Both the position numbers and the translations under genes were made by a program. Shown here one piece after another: positions 1 through 14,398 of a stretch of DNA of 64,000 nt (its first letter is position 1; each line of letters opens with the position of its first letter). The DNA comes from Octopus vulgaris (taxonomy: Eukaryota), in contig OX597821.1 of assembly GCA_951406725.2 (NCBI GenBank), forward strand, positions 53,444,001 to 53,508,000, in the 5' to 3' direction. The notes beneath the pieces are model-generated. The model worked only from the letters and a program-made list of their open reading frames with translations, did not search any database and was not told where the DNA came from.

Positions 1-35
1 CTTTAAAGGGTAATATGTATTTTATCATTAACTTT

Positions 36-124
36 TACTGAACTGCTAAGTTACGAGAAAGTAAATACACTAGTCAAGCGGTGGTGAAGGACAAACACAA
101 TCACACAAAAACACACACACGTAG

Positions 125-163
<39 letters not shown>

Positions 164-322
164 ACAGGCTTCTTTCGGTTTTCGTCTATAAAATCGATTC
201 ACAAGGCTTTGGTCTGCTTGAGGATATAATCGAAGACACTTGACCAAGTTGCCCCGCAGTGGGGCTGATGTCAGAACTGCGGATGGAAGCAAGCTCCTTA
301 CCACAGAGGCACAGCTGCACCT
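36..322 (-). mobile_element. tRNA-derived SINE, family A, decayed
   Basis: Reverse complement aligns by eye with the copy at 3921-4305 (head ...TGTGGTAAGGAGCTTGCTTCC, GCAAGTGTCTTC core, internal microsatellite). Confidence 0.8.
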
Positions 323-1222
323 ATATCTTTATTCTTCTTGGGTTGTTAAGCTATTTGTGCATACTCATATGCGCACACACACACACACGCATGTACGGAT
401 ACATATATTTCCATCTACCAGCATATGAATATCTAAAGCCTACATGGACGGATCCTCATCACTCGTTTCCATTGCAAATTTAACGAAGTCTTTGTTTACT
501 GCTTACTATTCATTCAGTGATGCATTGTTTTTGTCTATACAGTTACATGTTCACATAAACATTTTAATGTTTTAATTAAAACGCAGTTGTACGTATGTGT
601 GTTTTGCTTAAGAAACGATGACGTTTGATTACTCTACAGTTAAATCTATGACAAAATATTTCGTGAACAAAACTTTTATTCCTATCACGATAAGAAGTCG
701 TCCTAAACGCTGATATCACAAAATGTATTATAAAATATTTCAACTTCCTTTACTGATTCTTAATATTCTTTCTCAGGCAATATACTGATTAAACATGAGT
801 GGAATTTCTTCTTTGAACCACTCTTATAAAGGTATATAATGTCTATAGTTGCGTCTGATTGTTTAGAACCACCAGTGGTTCCAAGAAATAATCAGTTCAC
901 ATGTAGTTACTCATTCACTAGCCTGTTATGTGATTCAATTTTCTCAAAGCATTCAGTGCAGGGCACCGACTGTTCGTGGCATGTTTTCTTTTTACCACAA
1001 GTTATATATCGTCAGCTGTCCAAGTTATCATCTGTTAGCACCAATTTAACTAATATGGGAAGGAGAGATGTCCTTTGATATTTTACCTCTGAGTACACAA
1101 AGTGACAAATACTTAAAAGCAACGTGCGCACAGTCTTCTGAAAACGTTAACCAAATCTTCCTCACATAGCAGCATACAGGTTTGTAGGAGAAAGGACATA
1201 TCGCATTATATAGCATTAAATA

Positions 1223-1433
1223 GGGCAGCGAGTAGGCAGAATCATTAGCACGCCTAGCAAAGTGCATAGAGTTATTTCGCCCGTCTTTACGTTCTGAGTT
1301 CAAATGCCTCCAAGGTCGACTTTGTCTGTCATAATTTGAGGGTTGATAAAATAAGTACCAGCTGAGCCCTGGGATTGTTGCAATCAATTTGCCGTATCCC
1401 CGAAATTACAGGCCAAAATCTGAAACCATCATG
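1223..1433 (+). mobile_element. tRNA-derived SINE, family B
   Basis: Head GGCAGCGAGTAGGCAGAATC, B-box-like GAGTTCAAAT, GGTCGACTTTG...AAGTACCAG body; 12-bp TSD TAGCATTAAATA at 1211-1222 and 1434-1445. Confidence 0.85.
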
Positions 1434-1759
1434 TAGCATTAAATATAAAATTCAGAGCGATTGGGGATTTGTCGTGACCGGAAAACGCTTTGTAAAAGAA
1501 ATACATGAGAAGAAATGTGCTGGAGCTTAAATACAACAATACGAACAACAACAGAATCATAGCCTTCGTTCGTTTTGTCAATCGCGGTAATGACGGATTT
1601 GTCTTTATCGCAGACATTGGGCTTATGAACACATTCTTTAGATATTCCGGCGCCAAACAGGAAATTGGAGTAGAAGGTTGTTATAGATACAAAATTGCAT
1701 CAGAACACCAATCGCTTGCACATAATCGCCTACTAGACGAGTTTGTCATCAGATGGCTT

Positions 1760-1875
<116 letters not shown>

Positions 1876-2382
1876 TTCGTGTGCGTCGTGCGTCTGTGTG
1901 TGCTTGCATGCGTTTCTATTTGAATGTATCTAAATAATTGATTTTACTTGTGTTGGCCGGAGGCAGGGAGAGAGATGATATAAAGGAAAATCTAGGAATA
2001 ATAAAATTGTAAAGAAAATGTAATATAGTCTGAAACACGAGTACACAGAAACACGTGTACACGCGCACACAAACATGTGTGAGTGTGTGTGTGAGTATAT
2101 ATATATATATATATATATATTTATTCTGTAGTGCGTCTTGATGTAGAACAATCTACCAGATTTTTGGACGCTGTTTCTAGATTAAGATTCCTCCCCTATT
2201 ACAACAGTGTATTATAATCATATTATTCACGCAGTGAAATTCTAAATTGTTTTTCTGATGAAATCGGCTGATCCAGGTTTTCTTACGTAAGAATTAGTTA
2301 TGTAACCACTAGAAATGTACAAATTAGATACGTTCGAAATATCAATAAATGACTAGTCATAATTTCTAATTTTATAGATATG

Positions 2383-2401
2383 GGAGAGAGAGAGAAAGAG
2401 T

Positions 2402-2434
<33 letters not shown>

Positions 2435-2512
2435 GAGAAAAAGGAGAGAGAGAGAGAAAGAGAGAGGAGAAAAAGGAGAGAGAGAGGAAGGAGTGGAAGA
2501 GGGGGAGAGAGA
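2383..2512. repeat. (GA)n purine-rich simple repeat
   Basis: Directly visible GAGA/GAAAAAGGA tract. Confidence 0.95.
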
Positions 2513-3920
2513 TATAGCAAACACTGGTATCTTAGACAGACAGATCAACATATAAATGGAAAAATTAAGTAGATGCTGGTGGATTCAATATACGTTCTAG
2601 TTCTAATAGAAATTCAATATGTAAGTAGGAATTATCCAAAAATAAAAGGAAAACTGGTCATTTATATTGATAAGAGCTAATGGAGCCATTTTAAGGGTCA
2701 TATTTCATGTTCCATGGGCAGGATGTTACAGTATGCGCACCATGGGTAAAGTCTAAAAAACTCAAAGGTGAAAGTTAAACGATGAAGGTTCATAACCTGG
2801 TGTCTTATTGAAAATGCACTAATTTTTCTTCATCTGTAGGCAAAATTTTTCCAACTTCATGGACCTTTCAAATTTTATAAACTAATAAACGAAAGGAAAG
2901 GGATTTAATTGAATCTATGGAACACTGTCTCGCATAATAACAATACCTTCTCTATATAGGGTTATAGGTATTTATAGTTGCAAGTGGATACCTTCTTCTT
3001 TTTAGTGTGTGCGCTACTTCGAGTGTACTGACAATGATTTTTATGCACATTGGAAACATTGCAGTGTATACACTTCACCATTATTCTTTAATCAGAAAGA
3101 AACCGCTAACCTGAACATACTTTAGAAACGAATTTACACACCACATAATGGTTGTTACCTTTACCTAGAAACCGTCGGTACCTCATCAATTAAAAACATC
3201 GTATACGACTGAGAAGATCTCTCCTTCGAGGAAAACAATGCTGATCTCAATAAAACTGACTATGCACACATATATAACATGGCGTGTGTATGTGTGTACT
3301 AGTAAGTTTTGGATGTGGGTTTGGTTGTGCAAAGTGAACTAATCTATATGAATGTTTGTAGGCTTAGCTAGAGCATTGGAAAAGTGATAAATATCCAAAC
3401 TCTGAACATATAGGGTGTCATTTTATCATCTTAAACGATATACTAAACATCAAACCATTCAAGAAATTGACAAGACTTGAATTCATTCAAGAAAATGCTC
3501 ATCTCATAACTACTGGCATATCATATCGCCAATCAGGCAGCGAAGCTAGCTGCAACAATACAAACATCCTCCAATCATCCTCTAACATGTTAAAAAACCC
3601 GAGAAGGCACATTGGAGAATGTTACCCATAAATGTAACACTTATAAGAGGTTGGGTCTCACTTGGAAGTAAAAGCACAACAACAGTGGCAGGCAATTTAT
3701 TAATTAAAGAGCATGTAAAATCGTGACATGATTCGGGTACATAATGCTGCATATTCTGGGTAGAAAACTGAGGTTTGAAGTAGCCTATGAAGCGTTAATG
3801 AATTTTGTATTTAACAATACTGTGTTAGTTTACTAACAGCATACGACTTTATACCATTTAACCTTTCTAAGTGTCTTGAACAACATGTCTTTTTCTTCAA
3901 TATTTATATAAAATACATAT

Positions 3921-4305
3921 AGGCGCATGAGTAACTGTGTGGTAAGAAGCTTGCTTACTCACCAAATGGTTCTGGGTTGAGTCCTACTGAGTAGCACCTT
4001 GCGCAAGTGTCTTCTACTATAGCCTCGGGCTGACCAAAGCCTTGTGAGTGAATGGATTTTGTAGACGGAAACTGAAAGAAGCCCATCATCTATATATGTA
4101 TGTGTATGTATATGTATGTTTGTCCGCCCACTGTCGCCTGACAACCGATGTTGTTGTCCTTATGTCCCCATAACATAGCGGTTTGGCAAAAGAAACAGAT
4201 AGAATAAGTACTAGGTTTACAAAGAATAAGTCCTGGGGTCGATTTGTTCGACTAAAGGCGGTGTTCCAACATGGCTGCAGTCAAATGACTGAAGCAAATA
4301 AAAGG
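3921..4305 (+). mobile_element. tRNA-derived SINE, family A, near full length
   Basis: AGGCGCATGAGTAACTGTGTGGTAAGAAGCTTGC head with A/B-box-like motifs, internal (TATG)n, tail ...GCAGTCAAATGACTGAAGCAAATAAAAG; several other copies in the window. Confidence 0.9.
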
Positions 4306-5394
4306 ATATGAGAATTTTTATCTCTTTAGCCGGAGAAAAGTTAACATATAGGCTTAAACTACTCAAATTCTTCTATACCTGTAGATATCTAGAACTGTAG
4401 ATAACCTCAAATGGTCAGATTACATGCTGTTATTACTCATGTTATTACAAATATTATTACAGATATTTCTAGAATAATGGGTTACAATTCCAGTATCTTA
4501 CTTTCAGTATATCTATATAGCAAAAATGTCCGCTGTTGTCCTTGGGCATGATAGCTGGAACAAATTAAAAAATTACCAACCGTTATATTGAAGGTTACAG
4601 ACCAAATTTATTCCTTACAGTTAGTTATTTATAGTGATATATTTCCTTTTACACGTATCCTTTACTTCACCAATATCTCTCACTCTCTCTTCTTTTTTCG
4701 TGACCCATTTTCTAATTTCATTTTTGCAGTCAGGCATAACGTCGTTCACATCGTTATTGTTTTTAATTCATCGGGAAAAATCGTCTGAAATAAGCTACAT
4801 ATTTTAGCAGATTTGCAGCCGTAACGTATTTGTTGCAAATAAAATATATTCTAGGAAATGAGCAAAGCTTAGTTCATTACTTTGTCTGCAATGAAACATA
4901 GCCACCATAACAACAACAACAACAACAGCAACAACAACAACAACAACGACACCAGCAATAACGAAATAATAAGAGACTGTTTGCTTTGGTATATTTCGAC
5001 GAGTTTGCTATCTTTTTGTTTTTCCAGATAACACGAACAGCAAATCAATAACGTTTTGCTCGAAATTAATTATTTGACAGATTCAATTGCCCAAATAAAT
5101 ATCTTGTAACACTGTTATATGTTTTCTTCATGTTGTTCTTGCTGCTTTTCTTCATCTCGAATATCTGTGGCAGTATTCACTGATGACCATCCGCAGTGAA
5201 ATAAATAAAACAGGAAAGATACAGTGAATAATAAGAAGAGCAACAGGAGCATATCTTTGCGACATCTCTCTTCCAGGAAGAATTTACTTCCAGAGCATAA
5301 AAATGTATCTATAATAGCAATAAGTAGCATATAGCGTCCTCTTGTAGAATGCCTTCAAATAAATAACATTGGGAAAAAGCCAGCAAATACGACA

Positions 5395-5461
<67 letters not shown>

Positions 5462-7412
5462 TATATGTGTGTGTCTGTGTGTATACACTCATAAACATGT
5501 ATATATATATATATAGATATATACCATTGTGTATGTATGTATGCATGTATGTATGTATGTTTGTATGTATGTATATATATGTCTTTATAATTATACACGT
5601 AAAAGAGTATGAAAATATGATCATGTGAGTGATAGAAAGATAGAGAGAAAAGTTGAGGGAGAGAGAGAGAAAGAAAGAGATAGATGGAGAGAGAGAAGAG
5701 AGAGTTGAATAAAATGAATTAACGAAGTGCAATTCTATTTAATCGGAATAGATTCTTAAATTTCAAATAATTCACCGAATCTACAATATGGACATTTCAA
5801 GTTAAATCTTACTTAAAGGAAAGAAGGGAAGCAAATAGCATTTGTATTTCTATGATGTAAGTATTACTTTTGTGATGTAATAGTTTATACATACACACGC
5901 ACACAAATGATATGAATATATGTGTGTGTATACATGCATATACATACATACATATATATATATGTATGTATGTGTGTGTGTGTGTGACCGCGTGTGTATC
6001 GTTGGCGATTTTCTTTCTCCGTTTTCCCTTCTTTGGGCCTTTCCTTTTTCTATGTTTCTGACGAAGAGCTGCGCTCGAATCGTTAAATCCTCCTTCTTTC
6101 TTTCCATTCCTGAGCGTCCAATAACACTATACTTGTTCAACGTCATCGTGTTGTTGTTCATTTTTGTTCATGTTTGGATTAACTATATGTGTATGTGTGT
6201 ATATATATATATATATATGCACACACACGTGTGTGTGTATGTGCGTACCACTTGTATAATAATTTCATTATTTGGACAACGGCTTTACTAGAGACCCACA
6301 TTCAATGCTTTTCCCCAATCATATTGATCACACTAATTATGCTTAAGAGTGGTTTATCAATTTATCGACAACATTTGTTGCACTGCACAGTCATGGGACA
6401 TAGAGACACTGATTTTTCAAGTGAGCTCCATGCGAAAAGCAGATAAAACAAAGCCATGCAAAAAGACAGTGACAGGCAGGTACATTTACACTCACACACA
6501 CAGACACACACACAAACACACATATAAGCACAGATACAGAGACACGCACTCAGGCTACCATTTTAATGCAAAAAGAATTGGTCAAACATAATCTCTATTA
6601 CATCACCCAAGTTACCACTCAGCGGAATTAAACCCGAAGCAGGCGGGTGCTGATCGATTTATAAACCTCCTTAGCTTTTACGTGTGTCTGTATACATACG
6701 ACAAGTCCTCAACTCTTTTCACAAAATAGCAGTTTCCTGCAGCATTGCTGGACGTGTGATAATCGTGTCGATTAATATCGATTCTCGTATAACTAAATTC
6801 TACAAAAGGGAACAATAAAATACAAACCCTCATATATATACACCCCCACCCACAAACAAATACACTTTTATTTGTTTCAGCTATTTGACTGCGACAATGC
6901 TAGAGCGCCGAATACTAGCTCATAGGAGTGTTTTGTCCAATACTTGATATTTTGTGTTCTATAATATCGAGGCTGGGTTTACCTTTCATTCTTTCTGGGT
7001 CAGTGCAATAAATACCATTTGTGTGTTGCTATCGATGATATCGACCCCCCACAAAAAACATCAGGACTTGTCCATATGATAGAAATTATTATTATTATTA
7101 TTATTATTAGAAATATCAGTCAAAACATTATTGAGTACTGTCATAAATGCATTTGAGTGTGCGTATGTTTGTGTCTATCAATCTATCCAACTATCCCTCT
7201 TCTGTATACATGCATATATGCATATATACATGTATATAAGTGTATATATATGTATATATACCTGTATACACAAACATACATACATGCATACATACAGAGG
7301 AAGTGAGAGAGATGAATAATAGCAAACGAACCGAACGATTTAAATTGCTACAATTGATTCTACACATCGTTACAATTTAAGTACTTTGACGAGATAATAT
7401 AACATAATATAT

Positions 7413-7517
<105 letters not shown>

Positions 7518-7541
7518 TGTATGTATGTATCTACCTACATA

Positions 7542-7577
<36 letters not shown>

Positions 7578-7581
<4 letters not shown>

Positions 7582-7708
7582 ATTATTCAGTTTTATTTCA
7601 AGATATCTTGCCAATAGAGAAAAGAACCGGTTTCTAAAATAGATCCAAGGACCTTTCAATGGAATTTCAACATCAACAACAGGGTATCGTTGTTTGCATG
7701 TAGGTATG

Positions 7709-7765
<57 letters not shown>

Positions 7766-7778
7766 ATGTGTGTGTGTG

Positions 7779-7827
<49 letters not shown>

Positions 7828-7890
7828 ATTTGTATGTTTTGCTTTATGTATGTACTTTCATGCATATAGTTCCAAATCCAGACATGCTCA
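7578..7890 (-). mobile_element. 3' UTR fragment of R4/Dong-like LINE, interrupted by microsatellites
   Basis: Matches 27488-27685 (GCCATTATTCAG...AGAACCGGTTTCTAA...AGATCCAAG...GGAATTTCAAC...AGACATGCTCATA). Confidence 0.8.
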
Positions 7891-8549
7891 TATATATCTG
7901 TAATAGATTAAAAGTCATTTTGAATATTTCCTTGCTTGCAATATCACTCAGACTAAACTGGCGTATAAGGGGAAAATACTATGAATTAAGTTTACTCTGA
8001 AATGTTAATACGAAGGGAAAGAAACAGGTTTCGCGTAAATTGAGATATTAGAGATTTTCTGGGTATAAATACTCAAAACGGTGAATGGTGGGAAAGGGCT
8101 CCGAAAAAAATCTTCATCTTGAAAGGGAAGAAACTCTTATGTAGACAGTGAGTTGACAAAAATATAATTTTTTAGTTTTACAGTAAATGTTTCTATTTTC
8201 GTTTTTGTTAAATACACTATTTTACTCATTTAGAAATATTTTTAAGTGGATGTGATTTCAAAAATATAAGTCGTTCTTACAGTAAGTATTTTCAATTTAT
8301 TTACAGAGACAATATTTTAATGTTTTTCTATGCAAATGGGTAATTTTATTTATACTTAAATATACACCGAAGAGTGAAAATTTTTTAGAATTATTTTCAA
8401 ATGAATACCATTTCAAAATTATTATTGGCATATTTAAAAATATTCTAAAGTGAAAATTACTTTAAAAATATGGTAAACATTTCATAAATTCAGTGTGAAA
8501 TAGTCTTTTTTTCCATAGGTGTTTTTCGAGTAACGTATCTCACCGCCAA

Positions 8550-8664
8550 AGATTTGCCTGCTATTTCAAGCACGCCTTGCTACCACGTAACAGTTATTTG
8601 CAATAAAGGACCGGAAATACCTGTTACGTAGTAGCATGGCGTGCAAGAAATAGAAGCCACATCT
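8550..8664. repeat. Imperfect inverted repeat (hairpin, MITE-like)
   Basis: 8561-8599 is the reverse complement of 8615-8653 at 34/39 positions, with a 15-nt loop. Confidence 0.85.
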
Positions 8665-8825
8665 TTCCTTCTCTGGAGTAAGGAGCCGTTTACACTTGAT
8701 TTCGATATCACATTCGTTGGAAGGATGCGAAATAACCCGGAAAAGAATAAAAATCACGAAACAAAACTCCATTGCTGGAAAACTCAGAGTTTCTCGGTAT
8801 CCCAACAGGTTATAGGTAGTCTAGT

Positions 8826-9206
8826 TTAAATGACAAATTTCTGGAAAGTTTTTAAACAGATTTTTACAGTTTCAATGATGGATTGGATCTGTTTCCTTCG
8901 GATTAGTTTTCTCCTTTCTGGTTCTGCGAATCCTAATTTCTCAAGATTGGTGGTTAGGCAATGTGTTACACATAGCAGGGTTTCAATAATTACAGGCATA
9001 AACCCGAACTTGTAACCTGGATAGAGTAACTGCAGATTTCTCAATAGTTTAGCGTTGGTGTTCGCTTTCACACTGATCTTCAGCTTTGTTTACATGCGCT
9101 GGGCAGCTAATTTCCACAACTGTTCAGTTTCTCTTCTCTATCCCAAATCATTATATCAGGTCTGTTGTGCATACATTTCTATAGAGGCCTTCACTGGGAC
9201 ATCCCA
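8826..9206 (-). pseudogene. C-terminal restriction-like endonuclease domain of an R4/Dong-like non-LTR retrotransposon (frameshifted)
   Basis: Manual translation gives WDVPVK..HNRPDIMIWDREEK..VVEISCPA..LLRNLQLLYPGYKFGFMPVII..LEKLGF..QIQSIIETVKIC; PD-(D/E)-type motif typical of RLE-clade LINEs; paralogue at 27488-28108. Confidence 0.85.
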
Positions 9207-9599
9207 TGTATGTATACATGCAAGTATGTATGTATGCATATATTTATGTATATATGTATGCATGCATGTATTTATATATATGTATATAACAAATGCACTA
9301 ACAAACGGAAAAATGACACAGAAGGTAACCAACTCCTCATGAGAGTTGGTTATAATGGCCGGAGGGTCGAACGCAGTTTTGCGCCTTCATTAATAGAGTT
9401 GATCCATTCCAGCGGCGCCAGCAATAAGGAAAGCTACTGGAAATGGGACCACAACATTACTAAAACGAACAAACAAAAGTGGACATACGGGCATGAGTAA
9501 ATGTGGTTCAAGACTGGACCATTAGTAAACGGCCGAGAGGACAAGGAGAAAATAAATAAATAGAATACAACCATTGGTACAGAGACGAGAGTACGGTTT

Positions 9600-9685
<86 letters not shown>

Positions 9686-11865
9686 TGAGTGTGTGTATGT
9701 GTGTGCGTGTGTGTGTGTTTGTGTTAGTATGTGCGTGTGTAAGCATATGGAAATTAAAATATGCAAATTCACTCCCACAGCTAAAGCGCCACCTGAGGTA
9801 CCTTACACTCTCACATGATATTTTATATTGAAACGAAACATGATAACGTCGCAACTGCGCCACATTTCTGCATTGTAAGAAACTTCATCCTGTCGCAAAT
9901 TATGAAACCTATGTTAACATATTGTATTTTCTTATTTCTGAACATTACAATATATGTTGAAGAGAGTCATGATAGACTATGCACTAATATGTGATAAAAC
10001 TGGAACTGAAATAAATTTCCATAACAATGAGCAAGATTTGGATGCAATGCATTATGGAAGCCTGCCAAATATGATAACTTCAGTTACGTATTAATACAGT
10101 CAGAGAAAATGTGATATCTATATAATTAGACATTCGGAAAATTCCTGTTTCCATTTGTGTTTCTGTTGATTCTCTATATCTTTTGTTTGGTGATACTTTC
10201 GAGAAATAATGAAACGTACACGATTTACTTAATTTAGACTAATATATACGCGTTTTATGCAAATGTTTGTCTCAAACTTAGTCTTTCGTTCATTGAAATT
10301 TTCAAAGCTCTATATGAAAGAGTAATTTTGAAATATAATACTATTATTTAAAAAAAATATGTATGAATATGTAAATAAAATTAAAGCAGTTAATGGTTGA
10401 TTTGGGTTTATGCTTTGTTGAAGTATTGCTAGCACCTAAAATATATTTGCAATTTCAACCAGGCCAACAGAATGCAACTGTTTCGAGAAAAAAGATTCGG
10501 CATAAATTATTACAACAGATTGACTCCGCACAATGTAACCGAGGGTGAACTAGTGGTGTTAAATCGGGTGATGCAGATTAGGCCCAAATATCTGATTTTT
10601 TTATCAAACTTTTTCTTTTCAATATAGTTTATGCTACTGGCATTTAAATTAAAATTTGATATGAAAAATATTTTAATATTACAAAATCAACAAACTAATA
10701 TATAAATCGGATAGATATGCAACAGTTTGAAATTTACTATTCATTATGACCATCTCCAATAATTTATTAAAAATTGTATTTTCTAACGTTTATTTAGGAA
10801 TTAATGTAGTTGGCGAATTCTTTAGACTTTTATAGATGAAACACTAGCAAAATATTATTCGTTTAAAATATATAAGCTAAACCTGATGGGCAAAATATCT
10901 GAATGTTGATATTTAATTGTTGTATTGATGGTAACTGTTGTATTGATGACACTGAAATGAGTAACAGAGCTGATCACATGAGTAACAGAGCTGATCACAT
11001 TGAAAGTTTACTTCGTACTGTGAATAATGACAAAATAGAAGCAACCTTTACGTATCGATTAGAACAACTAACAGCGACAACTATATCAATTTTTCACAAA
11101 CATTCATCTTCATTTGGAAGGTTACGTTGGAAAATGCAGTCATAGAACTAATATCTTATAGTAAGATTAAATTGTCGTGGAAGGAACGCCTTAATTCATA
11201 GACATTCTTGGTCACAAATGTAGTGGATTTATACTACATTAATCAATTAACTGTTCCAAAATTGCTATGTTGAACATAGCAGAATATGTAAATGATTGTT
11301 CTCTTCAGTAAGGTTATAGATGTCAAAAAATTTCTCAGCTTACTCTACCGTTTATATTAATTCTTACTTTCCTCTCACATTTTCATGCAGCAGATTTTTT
11401 TCAATCATCATTTTAAATATATCTAAACTGTCAGACAATAGGATACAAGGTCATCCAAACAACATTATTGTCCAACCAATATAAATGACTATCTTCGTGT
11501 CTGTAAGAAACAGAGATAACTATTTAGTGAAGCAGAAGAAAGCAATCTAATAACGCTACAAAATGTAAGAAGAATATTTACTAATCTACTCCGAATTTTT
11601 TCCGTCCTTGTTTTCGCATACATTTGCTTGCTTTCTTCCAAAGAATCTAGTGCTTTTAGATTAGATTTTCTTAAGGCCGTCCACATTAGAGCAACCTCGA
11701 GAGTAACCAGCTGAAACTGCAAAGACGATCTGGTACACGACTGAAGATTGAAAGTTCAGTATGACACGTCCTTGGTTCTCCAGTCCTTTTTTGTATCGTC
11801 TAACTGTCCGAATGTTTTGTTGTCGCCTGTTGCATTCTTGTTCCATGTTTTCTTTTGGTTTTATA

Positions 11866-11928
<63 letters not shown>

Positions 11929-11976
11929 ATATGTATAGGTATATATGTACATATATGTATATATATATATGCATAT

Positions 11977-12332
11977 ACTCTTTTACTCTTTTACTTGTTT
12001 CAGTCATTTGACTGCGGCCATGCTGGAGCACTGCCTTTAGTCGAGAAAATCGACCCCGGAACTTATTCTTTGTAAGCCCAGTACTTATTCTATCGGTCTC
12101 TTTTGCCGAACCGCTAAGTGACGGGGACGTAAACACACCAGCATCGGTTGTCAAGCAATGCTAGGGAGACAAACACAGACACACAAACACATACATATAC
12201 ATATACATATATACGACAGGCTTCTTTCAGTTTCCGTCTACCAAATCCACTCACAAGGCATTGGTCGTCCCGGGGCTATAGTGAAAGACACTTGCCCAAG
12301 ATGCCACGCGGTCGGACTGAACCCGGAACCAT
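11977..12332 (-). mobile_element. tRNA-derived SINE, family A, young copy with (AAAAGAGT)n tail
   Basis: Clean reverse complement of the family A sequence, flanked by (TA)n. Confidence 0.92.
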
Positions 12333-12853
12333 ACATATATAGATATATATATATATACATATATACATACATATATATACATACCTACATATATATACAC
12401 CAACCTACTCACATACATACATAGATAATGTTTCCAGCATTACACATCTCAAGAAGTATGGTGATCTTGGAGATAAAGGTTATTGCAGATTTAATGCTTC
12501 TTATATTACCTAAGCACTTTAAGTATATTCCATTCGAAACGCTTGAATTCTGAATACATAAATATCACGCTAAACATCATTGATTTATAGTTGCTTCTGC
12601 GCCTCAGTATTTCAGGCCAGAGAGTACACAAAAGGCATATTTCACCCTAGTCTTATTCGCTTCGACATTCAACGCATTGAAACGCCACTATAACATTGGT
12701 TTAGCAAATACTTTACAGACATCTTTATTCTCCTTATAATTAATAGATTAATCGATTATTTGAGTGTGTGCGATTTCGAGAAACAGTAGTGTTACTATTC
12801 AAAATGTTTGGCAACACACACAATCATTTATGTTTACAAGTATGTGTGTGCGG

Positions 12854-12922
<69 letters not shown>

Positions 12923-13644
12923 CCTTCTCTCTCTCTCTTTATATATATATATATATATATATGAGAGGGATAACCACTATGTGGACAACCCTAGTGCTAG
13001 AAATAGATCTGCTATGGTCTTACCACTAAGAAATGTTCGCTAGAAAATTAAGCAATCACCAGAAACGTAAGCAAGACAAATGAAAATTAACAAAAATATA
13101 GACACGCAACTTGTCCGTAGATCTTCAGTATGATCATCCATACACATATAATTTGCAGAAATACTCACTTGACGTCCGCACGAGGTCGAACATGTATGTA
13201 GTTCTACCTATGCACTTGTGGTTATGTTTCAAAAGTCCTCGTTTTGGCGCGCTAAATTAACGGAAATAATACTGCATAAAATAATTCATAAAATAATTTT
13301 AATCATATATATATATTCTTTCTGCCTTTCGCTATCTACTTTCCTTTCTCTACAGTAAACATAATCGAACACACAGACATAGACCTTTCACCTCACAGCT
13401 GTCAGTTTTCTGACATCAACCCATCCACAAACACAATTCACGCATTCAGACACACACATACACACATTAAGACAGTTATATACAGTCACATACACAGGCA
13501 CTCATTCACAAAAGAAATCATTTAAACCCACCATTCTTTTGACCTGCACTCTCTCACCTTACTATTCTTATGCCTCCCTCCTCCTACTTCGTTTGAACTC
13601 TTGAACCTTTAGAAACTTCTAGATTCTTCTACATTCAGCCACTC

Positions 13645-13663
13645 TGACGTCACTCATTATAAA
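13645..13663 (+). promoter_or_regulatory. CRE palindrome (TGACGTCA) plus TATA box upstream of a hammerhead motif
   Basis: TGACGTCA at 13645-13652 and TATAAA at 13658-13663, about 80 nt upstream of the HHR; function is inferred only. Confidence 0.4.
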
Positions 13664-13741
13664 GAGACACTCATTATCGCCATGGGCTTCTTGAGAGCGG
13701 TTAGCTAAAAGTTTTTTGTGCATTTTGATGTCGACATAAGT

Positions 13742-13838
13742 TCCTTGATTTTCCCGATGAGAAATCTGCATAATGTACTCCTTATTCCTTCGGAATTACG
13801 AATATGAAGCCTTCGAAACATATGTCGAGAATAAAGGA
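13742..13838 (+). ncRNA. Type I hammerhead ribozyme (U4C core variant, CCGAUGA)
   Basis: Stem I TCCTTGATTTTC/GAGAATAAAGGA; core CCGATGA 13754-13760; stem II GAA...TTC; GAAA 13815-13818; palindromic stem III CATATG; GUC site at 13824-13826. Confidence 0.8.
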
Positions 13839-13886
13839 TGTTTGTTAACTAGTCGTTCAACTCCATTCTTTCATATACTTATAATT

Positions 13887-13967
<81 letters not shown>

Positions 13968-13986
13968 GCATATATATATTGAGAGA

Positions 13987-14200
13987 GAGCCACTTGCACG
14001 TTAATAAATGAGCTGCGACGTCACTGGCGCTAAGCTTTATCGGCCTTTGCTTTCTTTCGGATAACATCAGTGGCGTGGAGAGGAGAGGCTGGTATGTGTG
14101 TGCGACTGCTGGTCTTCCATAAACAAACTCTCCCAGACTTGTACCTCGGAGAGTAACTTTCTAGGTGTAATCCCATGGTCATTCATAACCGACGTGGATC
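13987..14200 (+). mobile_element. SINE 3' fragment
   Basis: Begins GCCACTTGCACGTTAAT, a segment shared with the SINE at 37291-37663; lies between microsatellites. Confidence 0.6.
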
Positions 14201-14268
14201 ACAACACACACACACACACATATATATATATAGACATATATGCATAAATATATATATATGTATATATG

Positions 14269-14301
<33 letters not shown>

Positions 14302-14303
14302 GC

Positions 14304-14339
<36 letters not shown>

Positions 14340-14346
14340 GTATATA

Positions 14347-14398
<52 letters not shown>

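Noticed and set aside
2250-2350. CTGATGA...CGAAA near (TA)n
   Set aside because: Stems I-III cannot be formed convincingly; at best heavily decayed.
5174-5230. CTGATGA...GAAA hammerhead-like words
   Set aside because: No stem II pairing, stem III or UH site in register.
9290-9600. Segment between microsatellites with hairpin TAACCAACTC/GAGTTGGTTA and a GCGCC/GGCGC stem
   Set aside because: Probably a repeat element, but no intact ribozyme core or recognisable family.
10957-10998. 21-bp tandem duplication ATGAGTAACAGAGCTGATCAC
   Set aside because: Simple slippage duplication with no further signal.
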